Shown: positions 53,969-62,836 of the stretch, piece after piece
Layout: every line of letters starts with the position of its first letter
How positions within the stretch are numbered: the first letter of the stretch is position 1
Origin: an uncultured Dehalococcoidales bacterium
GTDB taxonomy: Bacteria > Chloroflexota > Dehalococcoidia > Dehalococcoidales > GCA-2688105
DNA length: 64,000 bases
Assembly: GCA_964499445.1 (NCBI GenBank)
Contig: CAZCLE010000002.1
Span: forward strand, 19,677-83,676
Reading direction: 5' to 3'
Position numbers and translations under genes: made by a program
Notes under the pieces: model-generated
What the model was told of the DNA's origin: nothing
Seen by the model: the letters and a program-made list of their open reading frames with translations, nothing else
The model's database searches: none

Positions 53969-55843
53969 ATGAGTGACCGATATGGAGGGTATATAGGGAA
54001 AATCCTTTATGTGGAGCTTTCTAGCCGGAAGATTAACGAGGAAACTCTGGAGGATAAACTTTATGCCGATTTCATCGGTGGCTATGGTATTGGAGCTAGG
54101 ATTATATATAGTCGGCAAAAAGCTAAGGTTGACCCGCTAGGTTCAGGTAACACCCTGGGTTTTGTCACCGGCCCCCTGACCGGGACTCCTGCCCTGACCG
54201 GGACCAGATATACACTGGTGGGCAAATCACCATTAACCGGAACCTGGGGAGATGCCAATAGCGGGGGGCGTTTTGGTACCGTCCTTAAATCTGCCGGGTA
54301 TGATGCCGTCTTCTTTTCGGGCATTTCAGAAAGACCAGTATATTTGCTTATTAGTGATGGCAAGGCGGAGCTAAGAGATGCTGGGTGGCTTTGGGGGAAG
54401 GGTTGTGTTGAGACTGAAGCGTTACTTAAAGCTGAACTGGGGAAGGAGGCGAGCATTGCCGGTATCGGTCAAGCTGGAGAAAATCTTTCACTAATCTCGG
54501 GTGTAGTTAACGATAGTGGAAGAATAGCGGCTCGGTCGGGTTTAGGGGCGGTAATGGGTTCTAAAAAGCTAAAAGCGGTGGCGGTGATTGGGCATAATAA
54601 AATCCCGGTACAAGACCCGAGTAGGGCAAATGAACTGAGAAAGAAATATAGGGATGAGCTGAAGGGACGCCATATACCTGAAGTACTTAGTAAATTTGGC
54701 ACTTGTGGTTTTACCCCGGGGGCGATAAAGAAGGGCGATTCTGCCGTCAAGAACTGGGCTGGTGTTAGTGAGGTTGATTATCCTGACCTTGACCTGTTAA
54801 CTGGCGACACTATTACTAGCTATCAGGTGAGAAGACACGGCTGTTATAGATGCCCCATCGCTTGTGGCGGTATTGTAAAAATAGACAGCGGACCTTATAA
54901 GGTGGACGAATGTGGTAAACCTGAGTATGAAACCCTGGCTGTCTTCGGGCCAATGTGCTTGAACCAGGATAAAGAATCAATAATAAAGCTAAATGCTATG
55001 TGTAACGACTACGGATTGGATACCCTCTCGGTCGGAGGCACCATGGCCTTTGCCATGGAGTGCTACCAAAATGGGATTATCACCAGGGAAGACCTGGGGG
55101 GAATTGAATTAACCTGGGGCAATCCAAAAGCCATGATAGCTATCCTTGAAATGATGGCTAAGAGAGAGGGCTTTGGTGCCATACTTGCTGACGGTAGCCG
55201 GGTCGCCGCCGGGAAGATAGGGAAAGGTGCCGAAAAGTATGCTATGCAGGTTCAGGGGCAGGAATTCCCCATGCATGGTATGAGAAATGCTCCGGGTTAT
55301 GCTACCTCTTATAGTATGGACGCTACGCCGGGCCGGCATACGCAAGGGGGGTTTGCTTATGTTGAAAGATTTACCGGACAAATAACCGGGTTAGATTTCC
55401 CCGACCATGATAGGTATGATTATAGTGGTAAAGGGGAATGGTCGGCCAAAATGCATAACCTTTTTCACATACTTAACTCGTCTGGGATTTGTCTGTTAGG
55501 CTATCTGAATATAGATTTCAATTCTATACCGGAATTTATGAACGCCATTGTTGGGTGGGAATACACCCTGGATGATTTATTTAAGATAGGGGAGAGAATC
55601 GGTAATCTCAGGCAAGCCTTTAATATTCGTGAGGGGTTGAATCCCCTGGAATTTAAGCTTCCGGATAGAGCTATTGGTAAGCCCCCTTTGAAAAGAGGTC
55701 CACTTGCCGGTGTCACCATTGACGTTGATACGCAGGTGAAGGAATATCTTAAGGCAATGGACTGGGATATCAATACCGGGAAACCGAGCCGACAGAAACT
55801 CTTAGAACTAGGTCTTGATGATGTAGCTAATGACCTTTATTGA
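53969..55843 (+). CDS. aor: Aldehyde:ferredoxin oxidoreductase (tungstopterin AOR family)
   Basis: 624 aa. Motifs: GYIGKILYVEL, GGYGIGARI, GPLTGT, and cluster Cys contexts CYRCPIAC and CG. Confidence 0.9.
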   Translation: MSDRYGGYIGKILYVELSSRKINEETLEDKLYADFIGGYGIGARIIYSRQKAKVDPLGSGNTLGFVTGPLTGTPALTGTRYTLVGKSPLTGTWGDANSGGRFGTVLKSAGYDAVFFSGISERPVYLLISDGKAELRDAGWLWGKGCVETEALLKAELGKEASIAGIGQAGENLSLISGVVNDSGRIAARSGLGAVMGSKKLKAVAVIGHNKIPVQDPSRANELRKKYRDELKGRHIPEVLSKFGTCGFTPGAIKKGDSAVKNWAGVSEVDYPDLDLLTGDTITSYQVRRHGCYRCPIACGGIVKIDSGPYKVDECGKPEYETLAVFGPMCLNQDKESIIKLNAMCNDYGLDTLSVGGTMAFAMECYQNGIITREDLGGIELTWGNPKAMIAILEMMAKREGFGAILADGSRVAAGKIGKGAEKYAMQVQGQEFPMHGMRNAPGYATSYSMDATPGRHTQGGFAYVERFTGQITGLDFPDHDRYDYSGKGEWSAKMHNLFHILNSSGICLLGYLNIDFNSIPEFMNAIVGWEYTLDDLFKIGERIGNLRQAFNIREGLNPLEFKLPDRAIGKPPLKRGPLAGVTIDVDTQVKEYLKAMDWDINTGKPSRQKLLELGLDDVANDLY

Positions 55844-55899
55844 GGTTGAAAGACCTCTCAGTATGTAGCCGGTCAGCCACCCGCCTTTCCTAGCTAAAG

Positions 55900-55973
55900 C
55901 GTCCCTGGAGGGATTCGAACCCACGACCCGCTGCTTAGAAGGCAGCTGCTCTGTCCGTCTGAGCTACAGGGAC
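55900..55973 (-). tRNA. tRNA-Arg (anticodon TCT)
   Basis: The minus strand reads GTCCCTGTAGCTCAGACGGACAGAGCAGCTGCCTTCTAAGCAGCGGGTCGTGGGTTCGAATCCCTCCAGGGACG and folds by eye into a cloverleaf. The anticodon loop is CTTCTAA and the T-loop is GTTCGAATC. CCA is not encoded. Confidence 0.9.
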
Positions 55974-56039
55974 AGGCTGTTTACTACTCAAATGTAGCAC
56001 AGGCTTTAAGGTAGGTCAAGGTGGTTTTACCCAGGCTTT

Positions 56040-56525
56040 TCACGAGCCAAAAATAGCCCATCCGAGGCGAGTCGCACAGGTAACAATTGTGCCAGCAATT
56101 AATATCCCGATGAAGATAGACAAGAGAGCATGCTTGAATTTTAGACCGAAAAGGACAGCCAACAGCGAGCCTGTCCAGGCGCCGGTGATTGGGAGAGGGA
56201 TGGCAACAAATAACACCAAGCCAATCCGCTCATATTTCTCCACAATTCTTCCCCGTCGCCTGGTATGTTCAAAGAGCCGATGCAAAAATCGGTCAATAAA
56301 ACCTATCTTGCTTAGCAGTCTGGAAATGGCATTAAGGAATAATAGAATAAAAGGCACCGGCAGCAGATTGCCAATGACAGCTAACACAAAGGCATAATAC
56401 CATGGGAAGTCATGCCAAATAGCCCAAGGTATTGCGACTCGAAGTTCAGCTATAGGTGAAGCGGCAATGCCGATCACTTTCAGGACACTAGAAAGACTAA
56501 AACCGAGAAGCTCTTCAGGGGACAC
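56040..56525 (-). CDS. Small integral membrane protein, COG2426 / putative small multidrug-export family
   Basis: 161 aa with four to five TM helices. The segments PIAELRVAIPWAI and LPITGAWTGSL resemble that family. Confidence 0.55.
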   Translation of the reverse strand: MSPEELLGFSLSSVLKVIGIAASPIAELRVAIPWAIWHDFPWYYAFVLAVIGNLLPVPFILLFLNAISRLLSKIGFIDRFLHRLFEHTRRRGRIVEKYERIGLVLFVAIPLPITGAWTGSLLAVLFGLKFKHALLSIFIGILIAGTIVTCATRLGWAIFGS

Positions 56526-56640
56526 ACTTTTCCTTTACAATTATTATTCAAAAAAGACCCCTGTGGGAGTGTAGCAAATGGGCGTTATAGCGTCAAGCTA
56601 ATTTAGGAGAATGTTCAACTACCTCTTTAGGGGTTGTCTC

Positions 56641-56670
56641 TTGACAATTATTCAACTACATTGCTAGTAT
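56641..56670 (+). promoter_or_regulatory. Candidate promoter of the pgk block
   Basis: TTGACA (56641-56646), 18-nt spacer, TAGTAT (56665-56670). Confidence 0.45.
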
Positions 56671-56678
56671 GTGGTCAA

Positions 56679-56724
56679 CTTTCCCTCTTTGAAGGGGGAG
56701 ATTAAGGGGGTGAGATTAATAAAC
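56679..56724 (+). repeat. Intergenic GC-hairpin repeat, copy A (short form)
   Basis: CTTTCCCTCTTTGAAGGGGGAGATTAAGGGGGTGAGATTAATAAAC shares the hairpin-TTTGAA-hairpin and GGGGGTGAG(G/A)TT(G)AT tail with copies B-D. Confidence 0.7.
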
Positions 56725-56827
56725 GATATTAAAGATATATGGCTCATATATTATAGAAGCCGAGTTAAAATATCAGGTGCTTGAGCTTGTGCCTGATATT
56801 TTTGTATCTGCCTCATAGGAGGGACAA

Positions 56828-58021
56828 GTGGCTAAGATGACAGTCAGAGATGTGGAGGTTAGTGGCAAGAGGGTTTTAGTTAGGGTCGATTTCAACGTTC
56901 CTCTAGATGAAAAAACCGGGGTTATCACTGATGATAGCCGTATCCAGGCAGCACTACCTACTATTAAATACCTTATTGACCAGGGAGCAAAGGTTATCCT
57001 GATTTCTCATCTGGGTCGACCTAAAGGTGAAGTAGTTGATAAGTTACGGCTAACGGTTGTTGCCCAACGTCTATCACAATTATTAGGGCAGCAGGTTGGA
57101 GTTACTAAAGATTGCATTGGTGCTGAAGTGGAGAAGTCGGTAAAAAGCTTGAGGAGTGGTGATGTTTTGCTTCTGGAAAATCTTCGGTTTCATTCTGCTG
57201 AGGAGATGGACAGCCCTCTCTTTGCTCGAGCCTTGGCTAGGTTAGCTGACATATACGTTAATGATGCCTTCGGAACCTCCCATCGAAGCCATGCCTCAAT
57301 AGTTAGGATGGCTGAATATCTTCCTGCGGTATCTGGTCTGCTATTGGAGAAGGAACTTAATACCCTGGGCAGTATTTTAAAAAATCCAGCTCACCCCTTT
57401 GCCGCCATTCTTGGTGGAGCCAAGGTGAGTGACAAGCTGGGCATGCTCGAAAATATTGTGGCTAAGGTGGACTATCTTCTAATCGGTGGTGGTATGGCGG
57501 CTACCTTCCTAAAAGCTAAATCCTGCGAGGTAGGACAATCATTAGTTGAGCCTGACCGTCTGGATACTGTTGCCGGGTTAATGGAAAAGGCGGCAGGAAA
57601 CGGAGTGCAGTTGCTATTACCAGTGGATGTGGTTATTGCTGATGAATTTAGTGCCCAAGCTGAGGTCAAAGTAGTACCTATAAAAAATGTGCCACCTGGC
57701 TGGAGTATTGTAGATATAGGCCCCCAAACCGTTAAGAGCTTCTACAAAGAATTACGCCGGTGTAAAACCGTTTTCTGGAATGGTCCTATGGGCATATACG
57801 AGATACCTCAATTTGCTCAAGGAACGCAGACTATAGCCAAGCTCTTATCCAATCTTAACGCCACTACGATTATGGGGGGAGGCTCTACTGCTGAGGTAGT
57901 GATTGAGTTGGGATTAGCCGATAAGATGACCTTCATCTCTACCGGGGGCGGTGCGTCGCTTATATTTTTAGGTGGCGGAGCACTGCCTGGCGTGGAAGTA
58001 CTGCTTGATAAAAAACCATAA
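56828..58021 (+). CDS. pgk: Phosphoglycerate kinase
   Basis: 397 aa. Motifs: KRVLVRVDFNVP, SHLGRPKG, NDAFGTSHR, GGAKVSDK, STGGGAS. Confidence 0.92.
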   Translation: MAKMTVRDVEVSGKRVLVRVDFNVPLDEKTGVITDDSRIQAALPTIKYLIDQGAKVILISHLGRPKGEVVDKLRLTVVAQRLSQLLGQQVGVTKDCIGAEVEKSVKSLRSGDVLLLENLRFHSAEEMDSPLFARALARLADIYVNDAFGTSHRSHASIVRMAEYLPAVSGLLLEKELNTLGSILKNPAHPFAAILGGAKVSDKLGMLENIVAKVDYLLIGGGMAATFLKAKSCEVGQSLVEPDRLDTVAGLMEKAAGNGVQLLLPVDVVIADEFSAQAEVKVVPIKNVPPGWSIVDIGPQTVKSFYKELRRCKTVFWNGPMGIYEIPQFAQGTQTIAKLLSNLNATTIMGGGSTAEVVIELGLADKMTFISTGGGASLIFLGGGALPGVEVLLDKKP

Positions 58022-58044
58022 TCAGGAGTAAAGTTAAGTAGTAC

Positions 58045-58110
58045 ACCCCCTTCAAAGTGCTCTTCTCCCTTTCCTTTGAAAGAGAGGGGAATACGAAAGG
58101 TGAGGTTGAT
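58045..58110 (+). repeat. Intergenic GC-hairpin repeat, copy B
   Basis: CCCCCTTCAAAGTGCTCTTCTCCCTTTCCTTTGAAAGAGAGGGGAATACGAAAGGTGAGGTTGAT fills the pgk/apgM junction and ends at the apgM ATG. Confidence 0.75.
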
Positions 58111-59316
58111 ATGATTAATCTGGAGTTAATAAAATCCATTTCTAGGCCTTCGCCTACCAAAATTGTGTTATTAGTCATCGACGGCTTAGGTGGATTGCCC
58201 AGTCCAGAAACAGGTGAGACAGAGCTGGAGACGGCTAATACCCCGAATCTCGACCAATTGGCGGCTAAAGGTATATGTGGCCTTATTGACCCGGTGAGCC
58301 CGGGGATAACTCCAGGTAGTGCCCCCGGTCACTTAGCTTTGTTTGGGTATAATCCGGTCAGTTTTAATATTGGTCGGGGGGTATTGGAAGCAATTGGTGT
58401 GGATTTTGACCTTCGGCCGGGGGATGTGGCGGCTCGGGGCAACTTCTGCACTACGGATGAGATGGGTTTAGTTACTGACCGCAGGGCAGGGCGCATCTCT
58501 ACTGAGAAGTGTGCCGAACTGTGCCAATTATTGGATGGACTGGTAATAGATAAGGTCAAAATTCTGGTTTGGCCGGTTAGGGAGCACCGCTTTATAGTGG
58601 TATTTCGGGGGCAGGGTCTTATCCCTGACGTCAGCGGTTCTGACCCCCAGCAGCTAGGAGTAGCTCCGGTGGTGGTTACCGCCCTATGTCCCGAAGCTGA
58701 TGGGATGGCTGGTATTGCCAATCAATTTATAGCCCAGGCGAAGACAGCCCTGGCCGGGCATCATCCCGCCAATATGGTTCTCCTCCGCGGCTTCTCCAGG
58801 CTTCCTCAATTGCCGACTATGGGTGAGGTTTATAAATTGAAGCCGGCAGCCATTGCCAGCTATCCAATGTATCGGGGGTTAGCCAGGTTGGTCGGTATGG
58901 AGATTCTGGAGACAGGAATTAGTATTGAAGATGAATTTATGACACTAAAACAGAACTACGCTAATTATGACTTTTTCTTCTTACATATCAAAGGAACAGA
59001 TAGCGCTGGTGAAGATGGTGACTTTGACCGAAAGGTCAGAATTATAGAACAGGTTGATAACGCTCTATCCGAGCTAATAAGCCTGGAGCCCGATGTCATC
59101 GTGGTTACTGGTGACCATTCCACGCCAGCAGTGCTTAAAGGGCATAGCTGGCACCCGGTACCTATTCTTTTGTATTCTAAATGGTGCCGTCCTGACAAGG
59201 TAAGCCAGTTTTCCGAGTCGGCTTGTGTTTCTGGTGGGCTGGGGCGCTTTCCCGCTACCCAGATTATGCCTTTAGCTATGGCTAACGCTCTGAAGCTAAA
59301 TAAATTCGGGGCTTAG
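58111..59316 (+). CDS. apgM: Cofactor-independent phosphoglycerate mutase, archaeal ApgM type
   Basis: I prefer the ATG at 58111 (MINLELIKS...). The GTG at 58057 in the track lies inside the repeat element. Motifs: VLLVIDGLGG, TGDHSTP. Confidence 0.85.
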   Translation: MINLELIKSISRPSPTKIVLLVIDGLGGLPSPETGETELETANTPNLDQLAAKGICGLIDPVSPGITPGSAPGHLALFGYNPVSFNIGRGVLEAIGVDFDLRPGDVAARGNFCTTDEMGLVTDRRAGRISTEKCAELCQLLDGLVIDKVKILVWPVREHRFIVVFRGQGLIPDVSGSDPQQLGVAPVVVTALCPEADGMAGIANQFIAQAKTALAGHHPANMVLLRGFSRLPQLPTMGEVYKLKPAAIASYPMYRGLARLVGMEILETGISIEDEFMTLKQNYANYDFFFLHIKGTDSAGEDGDFDRKVRIIEQVDNALSELISLEPDVIVVTGDHSTPAVLKGHSWHPVPILLYSKWCRPDKVSQFSESACVSGGLGRFPATQIMPLAMANALKLNKFGA

Positions 59317-59370
59317 TTGTAGTCATCCATAAGCAGATAGGGTCATGAGCAATCTCTTTAGGGGGCTAAA

Positions 59371-60141
59371 ATGCGGGTGCCGATGATTGCTGGTAACTGG
59401 AAGATGAATACCACGGTAAGCCAAGCCGTAGAGTTGGTCAGTGAAATGCGCCACGAACTTGATGAGATAGATAATATTGACAAGGTAATTTGTCCCCCAT
59501 TCATTTCGCTAGTTGCGGTAGGGGAGCTAATTAAAGGCACCTCAATAAAGTTGGGAGCGCAGAATATGTACTTTGAGGAGAAGGGAGCCTATACCGGGGA
59601 GATTTCCCCGCTGATGCTGGCTGACCTGTGTGAATTGGTTATTATCGGGCACTCTGAGCGCAGGCAGTATTTTAACGAAACCGGAGAGATGGTTAATAAA
59701 AAGATTCTGGCCGCGCTGGGGGTTGGGCTGAAGCCTATTTTATGTATTGGGGAGAGGTTGGAGGAAAATGAGGCGGGAAGGACGGAAGAGGTGGTAACCG
59801 GGCAGTTAAGGTCAGCCCTGGCCGGGGTAAATCGCCCCAACGACCTGATTATCGCCTATGAGCCGGTCTGGGCTATTGGCACCGGTAAGGCGGCTACCGG
59901 TAAGCAGGCAAATGAGACCATCGGTTTTATTCGCCGTAATCTGGCTGAATTATATGGTAAAGAAATGGCGCAGGAGGTGCGTATTCTGTACGGGGGCAGT
60001 GTTACTGCGGCCAATACCGGTGAATTCATAAACCAGCCTGAGATAGATGGCGCCCTTGTCGGTGGGGCAAGTCTGAAAGCCAGCGAATTTTTGAGCATTA
60101 TCAGGCTGACCTCGGAAATTAGAGAGCACCTATCGGGGTAG
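59371..60141 (+). CDS. tpiA: Triosephosphate isomerase
   Basis: 256 aa. Motifs: IAGNWKMN, IGHSERR, AYEPVWAIGTG, YGGSV. Confidence 0.92.
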   Translation: MRVPMIAGNWKMNTTVSQAVELVSEMRHELDEIDNIDKVICPPFISLVAVGELIKGTSIKLGAQNMYFEEKGAYTGEISPLMLADLCELVIIGHSERRQYFNETGEMVNKKILAALGVGLKPILCIGERLEENEAGRTEEVVTGQLRSALAGVNRPNDLIIAYEPVWAIGTGKAATGKQANETIGFIRRNLAELYGKEMAQEVRILYGGSVTAANTGEFINQPEIDGALVGGASLKASEFLSIIRLTSEIREHLSG

Positions 60142-60144
60142 ATT

Positions 60145-60290
60145 GAAGGGGTGAAGCCCCTCTAAAAACTATGCTCTCCTTATTAAGAGGAAGGGTTTGA
60201 AGGAGAGTGCAAGAGAGGCGAAGCCTCTCTTGCATAACGAATTCCCCCTCCCTTACAAGGGAGGGGGATAAAGGGGGTAGGTTGCTAAGG
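60145..60290 (+). repeat. Intergenic GC-hairpin repeat, copy C (composite, about 145 nt)
   Basis: It contains GAAGGGGTGAAGCCCCTC, AGAGAGGCGAAGCCTCTCT and CCCCCTCCCTTACAAGGGAGGGGG hairpins and the GATAAAGGGGGTAGGTTGCT tail. It starts 4 nt after the tpiA stop. Confidence 0.75.
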
Positions 60291-60318
60291 AAATATAGAG
60301 GGGATAGGGTTATTAAGA

Positions 60319-61239
60319 ATGAACCGTTTGGTGGCTATAGTTGGTCCGACTGGTGTGGGTAAGAGTAAGCTGGCTCTTGGTCTGGCTCAGACTTTTGATG
60401 GAGAGATAGTAAGCACTGATAGCCGACAAGTGTACTGTCATATGGATATTGGCACGGCTAAACCTAGCCCCCAGGAGCTAGCTCTTGTCCCTCATCACCT
60501 GATTAGCATAGTTAACCCTGACGAAGATTTTAGCCTGGCTCAATATCAGGAGCTAGCTTGCCGAGCTATTGACGCTATTCAGCAGCGTAACAAATTGCCG
60601 TTACTGGTAGGTGGTAGCGGACTGTATGTATGGTCGGTACTGGAAGGCTGGGGAATACCGCAAGTTCCGCCCGACCCAGAATTCAGACGTAGCTTGGAGA
60701 AGAAGGCAACCGATGTCGGTAAGGATGAGGTTTATCAGGAATTGGTGAAAGCTGACCCGGTTGCCGCCCAGAGGATTGACCCGCGTAACATGCGCCGCGT
60801 AATAAGGGCTCTTGAGGTGTGCAGGAGTGCAGGAGCCCCTTTTTCTCAGCTTCAAAATAAAGAGGCACCGCCGTTTAATACGTTGATAATAGGGTTGACC
60901 GCAGACAGGGGAGAGCTATATCGTAGAATTGACCTGAGGGTTGATGAAATGATAAAGCAAGGCCTGGTGGCTGAAGTGGAGAAGCTGGTGAATATGGGCT
61001 ATGACTTTAATCTGCCGGCTATGTCGGGCATTAGTTATAAGCAAATTGGCATGTTCCTTAACCGGGAACTGACCTTGCCGGCTGCCATTCAGCAAATCAA
61101 GTTTGAGACCCATCGGTTTGTTCGTCACCAATACGCCTGGTTTCGGCTGAAGGATGACCGGATAAAGTGGTTTAATATACAGAGCCGGCTGGATTCAGAA
61201 ATCACCGCGCTACTGGCTAGATTTATAAGGGGTGAGTAG
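60319..61239 (+). CDS. miaA: tRNA dimethylallyltransferase
   Basis: 306 aa. Motifs: IVGPTGVGKS, DSRQVY, DIGTAKP, HHLI, LVGGSGLY. Confidence 0.9.
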   Translation: MNRLVAIVGPTGVGKSKLALGLAQTFDGEIVSTDSRQVYCHMDIGTAKPSPQELALVPHHLISIVNPDEDFSLAQYQELACRAIDAIQQRNKLPLLVGGSGLYVWSVLEGWGIPQVPPDPEFRRSLEKKATDVGKDEVYQELVKADPVAAQRIDPRNMRRVIRALEVCRSAGAPFSQLQNKEAPPFNTLIIGLTADRGELYRRIDLRVDEMIKQGLVAEVEKLVNMGYDFNLPAMSGISYKQIGMFLNRELTLPAAIQQIKFETHRFVRHQYAWFRLKDDRIKWFNIQSRLDSEITALLARFIRGE

Positions 61240-61255
61240 ACCCGGTGAGGATTTT

Positions 61256-61933
61256 ATGTCTCTAACAAAATCTATAAAGAATATGTTCCCGGAAGCAATA
61301 CCGATGCCTGGCGCCGTAATTTACAATGCCATACCGGCAAGAATCCTCAAGAAGCCAGAGAGAGAGCTAGCTCAGAATATAGCTGGTAGCATGGAAACCG
61401 GGGTTCTGGTGGATTTAGGCTCAGGCACCGGTTTTTTAGCGATAGAGATTGCTAAAAGGGCACCTCAGCTGAAGGTTTATGGCATTGATTTAAGCCGAGC
61501 AATGGTAAAAATCGCCAGAAGGCATGCCCAAACTACTAAAAATGTTCAATTTGAAGTTTGTAATGCTGCTGAACTTACCTTTAAGGATGATTCAATTGAT
61601 TTTATTGTTAGCACCGGTTCTTTGCATCATTGGAAGAAACCAGTCAAGATATTCAATGAATGTTATCGAGTTCTCAAAAGTGGCAAAGAGGCGTGGATAT
61701 ATGACGGGTGCCCAGATATTCCTAAAGAAGAGGCTGGCAAAGTAGTTAAGAAGTATGGTTTTTTGCGCTACCAGGTTTTGAGAAGACTGGTAAGAATTCA
61801 TGGTTTCACTAGAGATGAGTATGAGAGTGAAATCAGAGGTGTTTTGGAGCAGACAAAATTCAAAGGTCATTATAAAATGGAGCAAACAGACATCTGGATG
61901 AAGATAGTGGCTAGAAAGCATGTCAAATCGTAG
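61256..61933 (+). CDS. Class I SAM-dependent methyltransferase
   Basis: I prefer the ATG at 61256 (MSLTKS...), preceded by GGTGAGGA. SAM motif I VDLGSGTGFLAIE and motif post-I YGIDLS. Confidence 0.75.
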   Translation: MSLTKSIKNMFPEAIPMPGAVIYNAIPARILKKPERELAQNIAGSMETGVLVDLGSGTGFLAIEIAKRAPQLKVYGIDLSRAMVKIARRHAQTTKNVQFEVCNAAELTFKDDSIDFIVSTGSLHHWKKPVKIFNECYRVLKSGKEAWIYDGCPDIPKEEAGKVVKKYGFLRYQVLRRLVRIHGFTRDEYESEIRGVLEQTKFKGHYKMEQTDIWMKIVARKHVKS

Positions 61934-61951
61934 TTTTATTTGGGAAGTAAT

Positions 61952-62836
61952 ATGAACTTTACTAAGCTTCAGGGTGCTGGAAACGATTTTATACTGGTTG
62001 AGGCGGGCGGTGTGGGTCAGGATTGGTCACCATTAGCCATGGCTATGTGCGACCGTCACTTTGGTATCGGCGCTGACGGCTTGCTGCTGTTATTGCCTTC
62101 AGATACTGCTGACTTCCGGATGCGTGTGTTTAACCCCGATGGCTCTGAGACTGAGGCTTGTGGCAACGGGCTAAGATGCTTAGTTAGATATGTTGTCGAT
62201 AAAGGACTTTTACCCAAGAAGCTCGAGGGAGCCGGGGAAATATTAGTCGACACAATGGCTGGTATAAGGAGAGCCAAAATCCATAAGGCCAAGGGTAAAC
62301 TAACTAAAATCCAGGTCGGTATGGGGACACCAAAATTTGAGGCTGAAGATATTCCAGTAGTGGTAGGGCAGGATGTAGTTGACATAAAGTCAATGTTAAG
62401 CTACCATATTTGCGTAAAGGGTAAGGAGTTGCTACTAAACCTGGTGTCTATGGGCAATCCTCATGCCGTTTATTTCTGGCAACATTCGGTATCTGATTTT
62501 CCATTGTCTGAGCTAGGACCAGAAGTTGAGAGACATAGAATGTTTCCCAACCGGACAAACTTTGAAGTAGCCAATGTTATAAGTCGGCAGCAGATAGAAG
62601 CCCGGGTGTGGGAAAGGGGAGTAGGGGAGACACTGGCCTGCGGCAGTGGCGCCTGTGCGGTAGCTGTCGCTGCTCAGCGACACGGTTATATAGATAATAA
62701 AGTTGACATAAAACTGCCGGGTGGTATACTGGGGGTGGAGTGGGATGGGGTAGGCGAAGTATTCCTCAGCGGTCCGGCGGAGATAGTATTTACCGGAGAA
62801 TGGCCAGACGAAGACCGTTTATCACGGGTAGATTAA
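61952..62836 (+). CDS. dapF: Diaminopimelate epimerase
   Basis: I prefer the ATG at 61952 (MNFTKLQGAGNDF...). Catalytic Cys contexts: ETEACGNG and TLACGSG. Confidence 0.9.
   Translation: MNFTKLQGAGNDFILVEAGGVGQDWSPLAMAMCDRHFGIGADGLLLLLPSDTADFRMRVFNPDGSETEACGNGLRCLVRYVVDKGLLPKKLEGAGEILVDTMAGIRRAKIHKAKGKLTKIQVGMGTPKFEAEDIPVVVGQDVVDIKSMLSYHICVKGKELLLNLVSMGNPHAVYFWQHSVSDFPLSELGPEVERHRMFPNRTNFEVANVISRQQIEARVWERGVGETLACGSGACAVAVAAQRHGYIDNKVDIKLPGGILGVEWDGVGEVFLSGPAEIVFTGEWPDEDRLSRVD

Noticed and set aside
55844-56600. tRNA-Arg as an integration hotspot marking a genomic island or prophage boundary
   Set aside because: There is no integrase, no direct repeat of the tRNA 3' end and no phage-like genes on either side. 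The neighbours are aor and a small membrane protein.
58057-58110. The longer apgM ORF starting at GTG 58057
   Set aside because: The extra 18 codons lie inside intergenic repeat copy B and encode low-complexity sequence. The ATG at 58111 follows the element's SD-like GGTGAGG and begins the conserved ApgM N-terminus.
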